A DNA stretch of 64,000 nucleotides, taken from positions 1 through 64,000 of the forward strand of contig JBILLK010000030.1 in assembly GCA_044376115.1 (NCBI GenBank), in the 5' to 3' direction. Below the pieces are notes generated by a model. It ran no database searches and was not told where the DNA came from. It was given only the letters and a program-made list of their open reading frames with translations. Of the stretch, positions 28,801 through 36,653 are shown one piece after another. Both the position numbers and the translations under genes were made by a program. Every line of letters begins with the position of its first letter. The first letter of the stretch is position 1. This stretch comes from Polyangiaceae bacterium (lineage in GTDB: Bacteria > Myxococcota_A > Polyangia > Polyangiales > Polyangiaceae).

Positions 28801-29063
28801 AGCGTGGGGCCCGCAAGCCACTCCATCGCCAAATAGCGTCGCCCGCCCTCCTCTCCGTGACAGACGTACGGCACGATCGCCGAGTGGGAGAGCGCCGCGA
28901 GTAACGCCGCTTCGCTGCGAATGCGACTGAGGTTGTGACCCTCGAAGATCTTGAGCGCGACGGGTTGGTTGGTAGCAGCGTGCCGCGCGCGAAAGACGGT
29001 GCCCATGGCCCCCGAACCGATGCACGCCTCGATTTCGAAGGGGCCGACGCGGTCGACCTTCAT
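25839..29063 (-). CDS. Ser/Thr kinase - STAND/AAA_16 NTPase - TPR protein
   Basis: GSGAMG.V, VALK, HLDVKPAN, DFG, GTPGYMAPEQ; LVGRD.EL, APAGAGKTRL, LEDLH.AD, SGGSPLFLEEL; helical TPR-like tail. Confidence 0.93.
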   Translation of the reverse strand: MKVDRVGPFEIEACIGSGAMGTVFRARHAATNQPVALKIFEGHNLSRIRSEAALLAALSHSAIVPYVCHGEEGGRRYLAMEWLAGPTLAQELVRGPLSVAGSVQLGRRLASALSHAHGRGVVHLDVKPANVLLVAGAAERAVLVDFGIASSAEHTRNLGGAGTPGYMAPEQTAADAHVGPQADVFSLGCVLFECLSGGPVWQADDTLVRHHRACSEPPPQLLRPNGEPVPPQLEALIVSMLAKLPSERPSPAAVQRALDALVAPERVSTVLPPARQTTHPAGSASAPRTTLPLVGRDVELRLVLSLFEATVEDSAPKLGLLEAPAGAGKTRLLHEAVKQIAASEPQPTVWHIQADSVLGNTPRALARTLIRAALSDPPAVPSRTIGDRHDAELLQLAHQLGLDASGASLRTARFVGALAGLIAQADEIELADLRARGDVYDRELAREFERWLSIVAKAAPLVLVLEDLHCADEASLQLIVSSVARLTHSPITVIGSARPEASVVEPFRAAGAQRIGLTPLTRRAALRLAQALPSLDEATVTRLWEKSGGSPLFLEELFRQADARDSDLPSSLSAAVEEDLALLSNEAASLARLASMLGNQVQLGDLMALVSGRDQLSVETALDELHRRDVLRLRLSNSAAGQLTFRHPLWRELTEATLSLQELAETRHQIVRLWSERDPASAARQAELEAETWGKLEHPGEQREAWAQAGLLWQAAGDLERTIDAFDKAMLGSGGRWLVALGKAVAVLRRSPPGLVERLEVELERSQQQLDGLSWVGAARCFAALSRGSAAKDCLDRALALEQALPATDEQRMLRRLRLAASVEVGNRRGAFGEAAAAYRELARGDERIDVRTRVLASLALAASGHPAEAEEVLRETALLPEADERSVKAEISKNLLLTKLFAKDYAGAVPVADQAIADARLARLPFHEAVALHNFGDVLHRLERYADSRAALRTSQELAETHQFEALMRANRSHLRYLDGLDGDAQAVLALEREIADAESRGALGDAVDLRCLIARVFRKHEQLERAAIEYDAVLRLSRSTGQKLAHEEAENALAQLKTAANAPDRTQPDPPS

Positions 29064-31513
29064 TTGACCCTCGTGGGTCCACCGCCGTCGCTATCGACCG
29101 CAAGCGCGCGGTGGTTGGCCAGCACCTCCGGCGCGGCTTGGCCGGTGGACTCGAGCCAGTCGGCCGCGAGACGATGGGCGGCTCGCCGATCCTCGGTGCA
29201 CAGCATGCCGTAGCTGGCCTCGCGCAAGAGCGACTGTCGGAAGCAGAACTGCAGTTCGCCCGCATAGAGCGACTTCGGCTCTTCACGGAAGAAGTCGCGC
29301 GTGACCAGCCCTCGGATGCGGACCTCGACCTCGTCGGGACCCAGCTCGGGGAGCAGCGAGGCGACGGCGCTCGACCAAAAGTCTTCACCGAAGACGCTCG
29401 CGGCGCGCATCAAACGGCGATCCTCCGGCGCTAACGTCGAGAGACGCGCTTCAACCAGCGCGAGCACGCTGTCCGGGAAGGAGAGGTTGCCGGCTCGTAC
29501 GGCCTTGGTGATTTCTTCGACCCGGAACGGGTTGCCCTCGGCGCCGTCGACGATGCGTTCGGTCAGCTCGCTCGGAACCTCGCCCAGGATCTTGCGCACC
29601 AGCTTCTCGACCGCGGTGCGCGAAAGGGGCGTCACCGTGAAGTCGAGCACGCCGATGTCGCGCCAAAGCTGCGGAAAGCCGCCGCGGGTCTCCGGCCGCA
29701 GCGTGCCCACGACGAGCAACGGCCGTTCGGCGTTTCTGCGCACCAGCTCTTCGGCCAGCTGGACGCTCGCGCGGTCGCCGAAGCCGAGGTCCTCGACGAA
29801 CAGCAGCACGGGACGTCGCGCGAGCTCGGCCTCCACCCATTCGAACACCGCCGCGCGTTTCTCCTCGACGCTCGCCTTCGCGTCGACGGCGGTGCGCAGC
29901 ACCAGATTGGCCAGCAGCGAGAGCGGTGCGCCCACTCCGAGCGCAACGCCTTTGCACGCGATCAATCCGAGCGCCGGGAAGCGCACCTTCAGCGCCGCGA
30001 ACCACTCCTCGGCCAGGCGCGACTTGCCGATGCCTTGCGGCCCTTCGAGGATCACTGCGCGCGCCACCGGATCTTCGAAGCACTCGTTGGCCAGGGTCTC
30101 GAGCAGCGCAAGCTCGCGTTGCCTACCTTCGAAGGCGCGTTGCGAGGGCGGATCCAGCGTCACTGCCGTCTCCGAGGGCCGCACGACGAAGAAGCCGCGG
30201 CTCGAGGGCACCACCGAGAACACGCCGGAGACCAGGCTGGCGGTGGTCTCATCCACTGTCACGCGCGGCGCTCCGCTGTGCACTGCCGCTTCGCGCAGCG
30301 GCAGCAGCGCGCGGTCGCTCAAGTTGCGCAGGTCCTCGCGGCCTGGTTGGGCGCGCGCGGTAACCACCACTACCTTCACCGCCGGCACGCGCTCGGCCAG
30401 CCCAAGGGCGCAGGCCACCGCTTGCGTTGCGAGATCGCTCGCAGGCGCTGCACCGGAAAAGGAGATCGCCACCAAGGTTGGTCCGAGCACGATCGGCTCG
30501 CGACCAAAACCATTCACCCACTGGACGATCAGCTCGGTCAGTTGGAAGCTCGGCCCGAGTACGGTGGCCTCTTCACTGTTCGGCTGCGAACGCTCGGCCC
30601 CGTCATCGAACTTGATGAACGCCGCCGAAGCGAAGCGTTGTTCGACCTCGCTCACGCTAGCGATCGGCGTGAAGCGAAGGCTGAGCCTTTCTCCGAGCGC
30701 ATAGGCGCAAGCGCGCAGCAGCGTCGCGGCGGCGTCGCCGCTTACCGGACGATGCGATGGGTCTTTGGACATCAGAATGGCGCAGGTCTCTTCGAGTTCT
30801 GGGGGCACGTCTTTCCAGACGCGCGAGAGCCTCGGAGGTTCTTCTGCAACGACGCGAGTCAATGCAGCGAACGCGCTCTCAGCGGCGTACGGGTTCTTTC
30901 CCGTCACGCACGCATACAAAACGCAGCCCAACGAAAACACGTCTGCGCGAGCGTCCACGCGATCGGCCGAGCGCACTTGCTCCGGCGCCATGAAGCCCGG
31001 CGTTCCAACGGCGGTGCCAGCCTGCGTGAGCGAGCGCGTAGCCGCGTCCACCCGCGCGATGCCGAAGTCGGTGAGGCGCGGATAGCGCACGTCACCGGCC
31101 GCGAGCATCACGTTCTTCGGCTTGATGTCGCGGTGCACGATGCCTTTGCCGTGCGCCTCCCCCAGCGCTTCAGCGATGGTGGTGCACAACGTCAGCGCGG
31201 CCTCCAAGTTCATCGCGCCGCGCGCGATCTCCTCTGCGAGGTCGCAACCAGAGACCCACTCCATCGCCAAGTACGGCTTGCTGCCGTGATGTCCGGCCTC
31301 TACGAAGCGCACTGTGGCGGGGTGGGTGAGTTCACTCAAAAGGCGCGTCTCCCGAGCGAAACGTTCGGCAAACCGTGGGTCATCAGCGACCGTCTTGAGC
31401 GCGACGAAGGCGCCGGTCTCGAGATCATACGCCCGGTAAACGGTGCCCATTCCGCCGTGCGTGGCGAACGGCTCGACGCGAAAGCGCCCTCTTACGATCG
31501 TTCCCGGTTCCAA
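29060..31513 (-). CDS. Ser/Thr kinase - degenerate cyclase-like - STAND/AAA_16 NTPase protein (no TPR tail)
   Basis: GGMG.VY, HRDIKPKN, DFG, GTPGFMAPEQ; FEGRQREL, GPQGIGKSRL, VEDL, EGNPF.VEE. Ends just after HR.AA.WL. Confidence 0.93.
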   Translation of the reverse strand: MEPGTIVRGRFRVEPFATHGGMGTVYRAYDLETGAFVALKTVADDPRFAERFARETRLLSELTHPATVRFVEAGHHGSKPYLAMEWVSGCDLAEEIARGAMNLEAALTLCTTIAEALGEAHGKGIVHRDIKPKNVMLAAGDVRYPRLTDFGIARVDAATRSLTQAGTAVGTPGFMAPEQVRSADRVDARADVFSLGCVLYACVTGKNPYAAESAFAALTRVVAEEPPRLSRVWKDVPPELEETCAILMSKDPSHRPVSGDAAATLLRACAYALGERLSLRFTPIASVSEVEQRFASAAFIKFDDGAERSQPNSEEATVLGPSFQLTELIVQWVNGFGREPIVLGPTLVAISFSGAAPASDLATQAVACALGLAERVPAVKVVVVTARAQPGREDLRNLSDRALLPLREAAVHSGAPRVTVDETTASLVSGVFSVVPSSRGFFVVRPSETAVTLDPPSQRAFEGRQRELALLETLANECFEDPVARAVILEGPQGIGKSRLAEEWFAALKVRFPALGLIACKGVALGVGAPLSLLANLVLRTAVDAKASVEEKRAAVFEWVEAELARRPVLLFVEDLGFGDRASVQLAEELVRRNAERPLLVVGTLRPETRGGFPQLWRDIGVLDFTVTPLSRTAVEKLVRKILGEVPSELTERIVDGAEGNPFRVEEITKAVRAGNLSFPDSVLALVEARLSTLAPEDRRLMRAASVFGEDFWSSAVASLLPELGPDEVEVRIRGLVTRDFFREEPKSLYAGELQFCFRQSLLREASYGMLCTEDRRAAHRLAADWLESTGQAAPEVLANHRALAVDSDGGGPTRVK

Positions 31514-31567
31514 GTCGGACCGAGTTTACTCCGGACTTGAACCCGACCTAAGGCAGAACTCTCCATG

Positions 31568-31600
31568 CTGCCGGCGTGCAGAGTCACGGTCAATATGCAG
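31568..31600. repeat. 33-bp direct repeat, copy 1
   Basis: CTGCCGGCGTGCAGAGTCACGGTCAATATGCAG, identical to 33054-33086. Confidence 0.95.
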
Positions 31601-31756
31601 CCTATCGCCGCGCGCCTTCAGCGCGAAGAGGCCGCACGCCGCGACTTCGAAGCTGAGCGTCGCGCCGGCCTCGAGCGAGAGGCAGGTCTCTTTGCACTGC
31701 AAGCTCGTTGGCACTTCTCTGGTTGAGCAGCGGACGGGGGAGTGCTCCGATGAGGG

Positions 31757-33004
31757 ATGCGGTTGGCTTGCTTGTTCTTTGCGCTCGCGCTGGTCGGGTG
31801 CGCAGAGATCCAATACGCCCCGACCGGCGGGGGCGCCGGGGGATCTGGTGTCGGAGGGGCCAGCGCGACCGCGAGCGGGGGCATGGGGGGCGCGCCCGAC
31901 GGCGGCGCCGGAGGGATGGGGGGTGCGGGCGGCGCTCCCTGCGTGCCGACCGGCGATGAGACTTGCAACGGCCTGGACGACGACTGCAACGGCGTCACCG
32001 ACGATCCCCCGGGCGGGACCGGCCAGCTGTGCAGCGACTGCACCTGGCTGAGCCATGCGGGTAAGCTCTACGTCGCTTGCGCCGCGAACATGGCGCCGAT
32101 CGACTCGCTCGAGTGCCCCGGGGGCACCGAGCTGGTCGTGCTGCAAGACGCTGCCGAGCAGAGCGCGCTCAGCCCGCTTCTCCCCGACGCCTTTGAGGGC
32201 GGCTACGTGAATCTGCGCCAAGCGGAGCTCGCGCCACACCTGGTCTCGAGCTGGTCCTGGAGCGGACGTGAGGGCATGCCGCCGGCGTGGGGCGAGGGCC
32301 AGCCAGACGATTACGACCAGTTTGAGCCGGTGGGGCTCGAGAACGATCAGGAGCAGTGCGCGGCGCTCTATCGTCAGGGCAGCGTCGTTGAGCTGGCGGA
32401 CGTGCCCTGTGACAGCTTCGCCAAGTATTTTCTATGCGAACAGACGGTGCCGGGCTGCATCGCAGGCACGGCGTGCTTGGTGGCAGAGGGCTGCAAAGGC
32501 GTCTTCGACTGCGACCTGCCCGAGGGCGCGCAGTGCGTCGCCTCGCCGGCCACCGAGACCTGCAACGGCCTCGACGACAACTGCGACGGCACCTTAGATG
32601 ACGCGAGCTGCGACTGCGTCCCGTTCAGCGGCCCCGCGGGCGAGAGTTACAAACGCTGCCTGTTCAACACCCAGCTCGAAGGCGCGCAGTGCGGCCCGGG
32701 CTACCGGCTGGCATTCCCAAACGACGCCGCCGAACTCAGCCTGCTCAGCAACAACCTAGGCGGCGACGACCGTTGGTTGGGCGCCTACCAGCCCACGGAC
32801 GAGAACGCCATCGACGGCGGCTGGCGAGGCTTGGACGGCACGCCGGTGTCGCTCACGGTGTGGAACAGCGGCCAACCTGACGACGGCAACCTGACCGAGA
32901 ACGGCTTTCAGCAGTGCGTTCGCCTGACCTCCGGGGGGGGCTCCGGGGGAGCACACGACGAGTCCTGCAGCGCGACGTTGGGCTACCTGTGCGAAGAGCT
33001 TTGA
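31757..33004 (+). CDS. lipoprotein with two C-type-lectin-like domains and ETCNGLDDxC metal-binding repeats
   Basis: Lipobox LVGC, Gly linker, ETCNGLDDDCNG and ETCNGLDDNCDG, two WxxGQPDD...C...D..C....(F/Y)LCE modules. Confidence 0.85.
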   Translation: MRLACLFFALALVGCAEIQYAPTGGGAGGSGVGGASATASGGMGGAPDGGAGGMGGAGGAPCVPTGDETCNGLDDDCNGVTDDPPGGTGQLCSDCTWLSHAGKLYVACAANMAPIDSLECPGGTELVVLQDAAEQSALSPLLPDAFEGGYVNLRQAELAPHLVSSWSWSGREGMPPAWGEGQPDDYDQFEPVGLENDQEQCAALYRQGSVVELADVPCDSFAKYFLCEQTVPGCIAGTACLVAEGCKGVFDCDLPEGAQCVASPATETCNGLDDNCDGTLDDASCDCVPFSGPAGESYKRCLFNTQLEGAQCGPGYRLAFPNDAAELSLLSNNLGGDDRWLGAYQPTDENAIDGGWRGLDGTPVSLTVWNSGQPDDGNLTENGFQQCVRLTSGGGSGGAHDESCSATLGYLCEEL

Positions 33005-33053
33005 TCGCGGCGTAGGTCGACATCTTCCGCAAGCGGGCGCACGCCTTGGCCTT

Positions 33054-33086
33054 CTGCCGGCGTGCAGAGTCACGGTCAATATGCAG
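33054..33086. repeat. 33-bp direct repeat, copy 2 (overlaps murA stop codon)
   Basis: Identical to 31568-31600. Contains the murA TGA (33076-33078, minus strand) and its last codons. Confidence 0.95.
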
Positions 33087-34338
33087 TCGTAGCCACACGA
33101 ACGGCGTCGGCTCCAGCGCCCGCGAGCTTCTCTTCCATGTGCTCGTAGCCGCGGTCCAGATGGTAGACGCGCAATACTTCGGTCTCGTCGCGCGCGACCA
33201 AACCAGCGATCACCAGCGAGGCGCTGGCTCGAAGATCGGTCGCCATGACCTGCGCGCCTTCGAGCTGACGCGGCCCACGGATCACAGCGCTGCTGCCGTC
33301 GGTCTCGATGTCAGCGCCCATGCGCGCGAGCTCCGGAACGTGCATGAAGCGGTTCTCGAAGATCGTCTCGTGAATGGTGCTCTCTCCCTCCGCGAGGCAG
33401 GACAAAACCATGATCTGCGCCTGCATGTCGGTGGGGAAGCCCGGGTGCGGCATGGTCTCGATGCGGATCGGCTTGAGCGGGCCGTTGCGATGAATGCGCG
33501 CCGCCGTTCCTTCACGCGTGATCTCCACGCCCATACGCTTGAGCACCTCGATCGTCGAGGCCATATCCTCGAGCGGCGCGTTCTCTAGCAGGACGTTGCC
33601 GCCGGTGGCTGCGGCCGCGACCATGTAGGTCCCAGCCTCGATGCGGTCGGCGATGATCGCATGATCGAAGGGCGCGAGCTCATCCCGGCCTTCAATCTCC
33701 ATCACATCGGTGCCAGCGCCGGTGACGATCGCCCCCATCTTGTTGAGCACCCGGCCGAGTTCCTCGACCTCGGGCTCCTTCGCCGCGTTGACCAGTCGCG
33801 TTTTGCCTTTGGCCAGCGCCGCCGCCATCATCAGGTTCTCGGTGCCGGTGACCGTCGGCATGTCGAAGACGATCTCGGCTCCGCGTAGGCGTGAGCTCTT
33901 GGCGACGATGTAGCCGCGCTCGAGCGAGATGGTGGCGCCGAGCTTTTCCAGCCCCTTGAGGTGCTGATCCACGGGCCGCGAGCCGATTTGACAGCCGCCG
34001 GGGAGCGAGACCTGCGCGCGGCCGTTGCGGGCGAGCAGCGGGCCGAGCACCATCACGCTCGCGCGCATCTGCTTCACCAGCTCATAAGGCGCGATCGGCC
34101 GGTCTGTGCCGAAGCCCTTCACGGTCACCACCGGCGGAGCCGAATTGACCTCCCGGCCGAGAAACCGCAGCAACGCCGAGGTGGTCTCGATGTCGCGAAG
34201 GGCTGGCACATTGCGCAACAAGCTCTCGCCGTCGGAAAGCAACGTCGCACAAAGGATGGGAAGAGCCGCGTTTTTCGCGCCGCTGATCTTGATGGTGCCT
34301 TCGAGCCGTTTGCCGCCTCGGATCCTGATGGACTCCAT
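33076..34338 (-). CDS. murA: UDP-N-acetylglucosamine 1-carboxyvinyltransferase
   Basis: [63 protein letters not shown]. Confidence 0.98.
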   Translation of the reverse strand: MESIRIRGGKRLEGTIKISGAKNAALPILCATLLSDGESLLRNVPALRDIETTSALLRFLGREVNSAPPVVTVKGFGTDRPIAPYELVKQMRASVMVLGPLLARNGRAQVSLPGGCQIGSRPVDQHLKGLEKLGATISLERGYIVAKSSRLRGAEIVFDMPTVTGTENLMMAAALAKGKTRLVNAAKEPEVEELGRVLNKMGAIVTGAGTDVMEIEGRDELAPFDHAIIADRIEAGTYMVAAAATGGNVLLENAPLEDMASTIEVLKRMGVEITREGTAARIHRNGPLKPIRIETMPHPGFPTDMQAQIMVLSCLAEGESTIHETIFENRFMHVPELARMGADIETDGSSAVIRGPRQLEGAQVMATDLRASASLVIAGLVARDETEVLRVYHLDRGYEHMEEKLAGAGADAVRVATTAY

Positions 34339-34479
34339 GGCGTTCGCTTATGTCACAAGAGTCCGCAATCCGCCTAGCAGTGTGATGAAAATGGCACCAT
34401 CGCGCTGCGCCTTCTCTGCAACTCTCGCGGAATCGGCTAAGGAACCAAAGCAATCGTCGCGAGGAGGGCAGAACCGCGC

Positions 34480-36552
34480 ATGTCGACAGTGTTGAAGGAT
34501 GTCGGCTCGTCTGGAGCGCGGGAGACCGCGGGCTCTTACCGCCCTGACATCGACGGGATGCGGGCGATTGCGGTTCTAGCCGTCATCGTCAATCACTTCA
34601 GCGTCGACGTCCTGCCTGGCGGATTCCTGGGCGTCGACATGTTCTTCGTCATCTCCGGCTTCGTCATCACGACCTCGGTGCTCAGCCGCAATTACGAGAG
34701 CTTCGGCGAGCTTCTGCTCGATTTCTATTCGCGCCGGATCAAGCGTCTACTCCCGGCGCTGTTGGTTTGCATCCTCGTGACGGGGCTTTTCTGCGCCATC
34801 TTCATCAACCCCGACTCGGAGGGTTTTTCCCACTCCATGCACGCGGGCTTCTTGGCGCTGTTTGGGGTCTCCAACTTCTATTTCTTCAGCGAAGAGGTCG
34901 ACTATTTCGGCCTGTCGGCGAAGCTCAACCTGTTTACCCACACGTGGTCGCTCGGCGTCGAAGAACAGTTTTACCTGCTCTTCCCAGCGATGGTCTGGAG
35001 CGTGCAGGGCTTTTCGCGCGGGGCGAAAAGGGCGCAAGCGCTTCGTCTCCTCCTCACCGTCCTCACGGCCCTCTCCTTCGCGGGCTTCATATGGCTGAAC
35101 CACTCCCTACCCGCCGCCGCTTACTTCATGATGCCGCCGCGCTTCTTCGAGCTGAGCGTCGGATGTCTGGTAGCGATCGCTCCCTCCTTTGTTAACGCGG
35201 CGCTCGACCGGCGCGCAAACCTGTGGTCCTGGCTCGCGCTTCTGCTCGTGTTCGGCGGATTTTGCGTCGAGTCCGGATGGCAGGCACTCACCACACCGCT
35301 CGTCGTCGTCGCTTCGGCCGCGCTCATTTTAACGAGCCGCCCAACGAGCGGAGTCTATTCGCTGCTGACGAACCGATGGGCGCTCTTCGTCGGCCAGAGG
35401 TCCTATTCGCTCTATCTCTGGCACTGGAGCGTTCTCTCGGCCAGCCGCTGGACGGTCGGGGTCGACGCACGCACAGCGCCCTTCCAGGTCGTCGCCATCC
35501 TGCTGCTGGGAGTTGGCAGCTACCTCTATGTCGAGCGGCCCCTGCGGCGCGCGAGCTGGACGAGATGGAAGCCAGTGACGATCGCCCTGGGTCTCGCCAC
35601 GCTCGCCGCGGCCGGCTTCGCCGTGAACGCGCTTAACACGGAATTCAAAGGCAGCCTCTACGCCGGTTCACCAGTGCAAATGGTGACAAAGGGCATGTTC
35701 AGCCTGTTCGACGAAAAGAAGTTCGAAGGAAAGACCATCTGGCGTGCGGACCCGTGCGTGCTCGCGTCGAACGATGAGGTCGGCAAGAAGATCGACGCCA
35801 ACGTCTGCACGCTCGGCGGTCCGAGCGCCGCGACCCCGACTTTCCTCGTCATCGGCGATTCGTTCAGCGCCGCAGAGTTCGAGCTGTATTCGGCGCTCTA
35901 TGAGAACGGCCTAGGCAAAGTCGTTGCGACCGCCACCTGGGCCGCGATGCCGGTTCCTGAGGTCAAGATCGACAATAACTGTGAACTCTCGAACCAATAC
36001 TATTGGGACACCGTCATCCCTCAACTCGCGGCGCAGCTTCGCGCTGGCGACGTTCTCCTGATGGTCAACGATCTTTGGAACTTCACGCCGAAAGACCGGA
36101 CGCCCGCCGACGACGAGCGCCTCGAGCTACTCGAGACCGGCTTGAGTCGGATCGCCGCCGAATTTCGTGCGAAGGGCGTCGCCATCGTCTTCCAGTCGCA
36201 CAATCCTTTCATGCGCGAATCAGGCTGCACGCCCGACATCGCCAAGCCGCAATGGTTCAATCTCTCCGATCGCGGCCCATGCGTCTATTACACGAAGGAG
36301 GAGTCGTTGCGACGGATGGCGCCGCTCCGTGCGACGTTGGAGCGTGTGCGCCGCTCGCATGGCAACTTCTTCGTGCTGGATCTCTTCCCGGTCATGTGTT
36401 CCGGGGAGGTCTGCGGCTTCTACTCGCACGACCAACAGCCGCTCTACCGCGACGAATGGTCGCATATGAGCGTCGAGGCCAACTATCTCGCCCGCCCTGT
36501 CTTCCTTCAGACGGTGAAAGAGGCGCTGAATTGGCGCGGCGGCGAGCAATGA
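34480..36552 (+). CDS. acyltransferase 3 - SGNH fusion (OafA/OatA-like O-acetyltransferase)
   Basis: YRPDIDGMRAIAV, GFLGVD.FFVISG, FYSRRIKRLLP, HTWSLGVEEQFY, SYSLYLWHW; SGNH motifs GDS and D.SH. Confidence 0.93.
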   Translation: MSTVLKDVGSSGARETAGSYRPDIDGMRAIAVLAVIVNHFSVDVLPGGFLGVDMFFVISGFVITTSVLSRNYESFGELLLDFYSRRIKRLLPALLVCILVTGLFCAIFINPDSEGFSHSMHAGFLALFGVSNFYFFSEEVDYFGLSAKLNLFTHTWSLGVEEQFYLLFPAMVWSVQGFSRGAKRAQALRLLLTVLTALSFAGFIWLNHSLPAAAYFMMPPRFFELSVGCLVAIAPSFVNAALDRRANLWSWLALLLVFGGFCVESGWQALTTPLVVVASAALILTSRPTSGVYSLLTNRWALFVGQRSYSLYLWHWSVLSASRWTVGVDARTAPFQVVAILLLGVGSYLYVERPLRRASWTRWKPVTIALGLATLAAAGFAVNALNTEFKGSLYAGSPVQMVTKGMFSLFDEKKFEGKTIWRADPCVLASNDEVGKKIDANVCTLGGPSAATPTFLVIGDSFSAAEFELYSALYENGLGKVVATATWAAMPVPEVKIDNNCELSNQYYWDTVIPQLAAQLRAGDVLLMVNDLWNFTPKDRTPADDERLELLETGLSRIAAEFRAKGVAIVFQSHNPFMRESGCTPDIAKPQWFNLSDRGPCVYYTKEESLRRMAPLRATLERVRRSHGNFFVLDLFPVMCSGEVCGFYSHDQQPLYRDEWSHMSVEANYLARPVFLQTVKEALNWRGGEQ

Positions 36553-36653
36553 GGCGGGCCAGAGGATAGTCGGGCGTTCCCAGATCGAAGAAGTGCACGG
36601 CTTGTAGCGAAGGTGACAGGTATCCCGCCTGTCGGGTACCTTCGCGGGCCCTC

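Noticed and set aside
29301..31540. long antisense ORFs (467 and 501 aa) and similar shadow ORFs throughout the window
   Set aside because: These are typical stop-poor antisense frames of high-GC genes. They have no motifs and overlap well-supported CDSs.
31520..31600. tRNA-like T-loop (GGTTCAAGTCC on the minus strand) next to the 33-bp repeat
   Set aside because: No acceptor stem or CCA end, a mismatched T-stem, and an 11-nt loop where the anticodon loop should be. It cannot be folded as a tRNA.
31595..31726. 43-codon ORF (MQPIAARLQREEAARRDF...) starting inside repeat copy 1
   Set aside because: Short, with no RBS or recognisable motif. It could be a gene remnant but cannot be supported.
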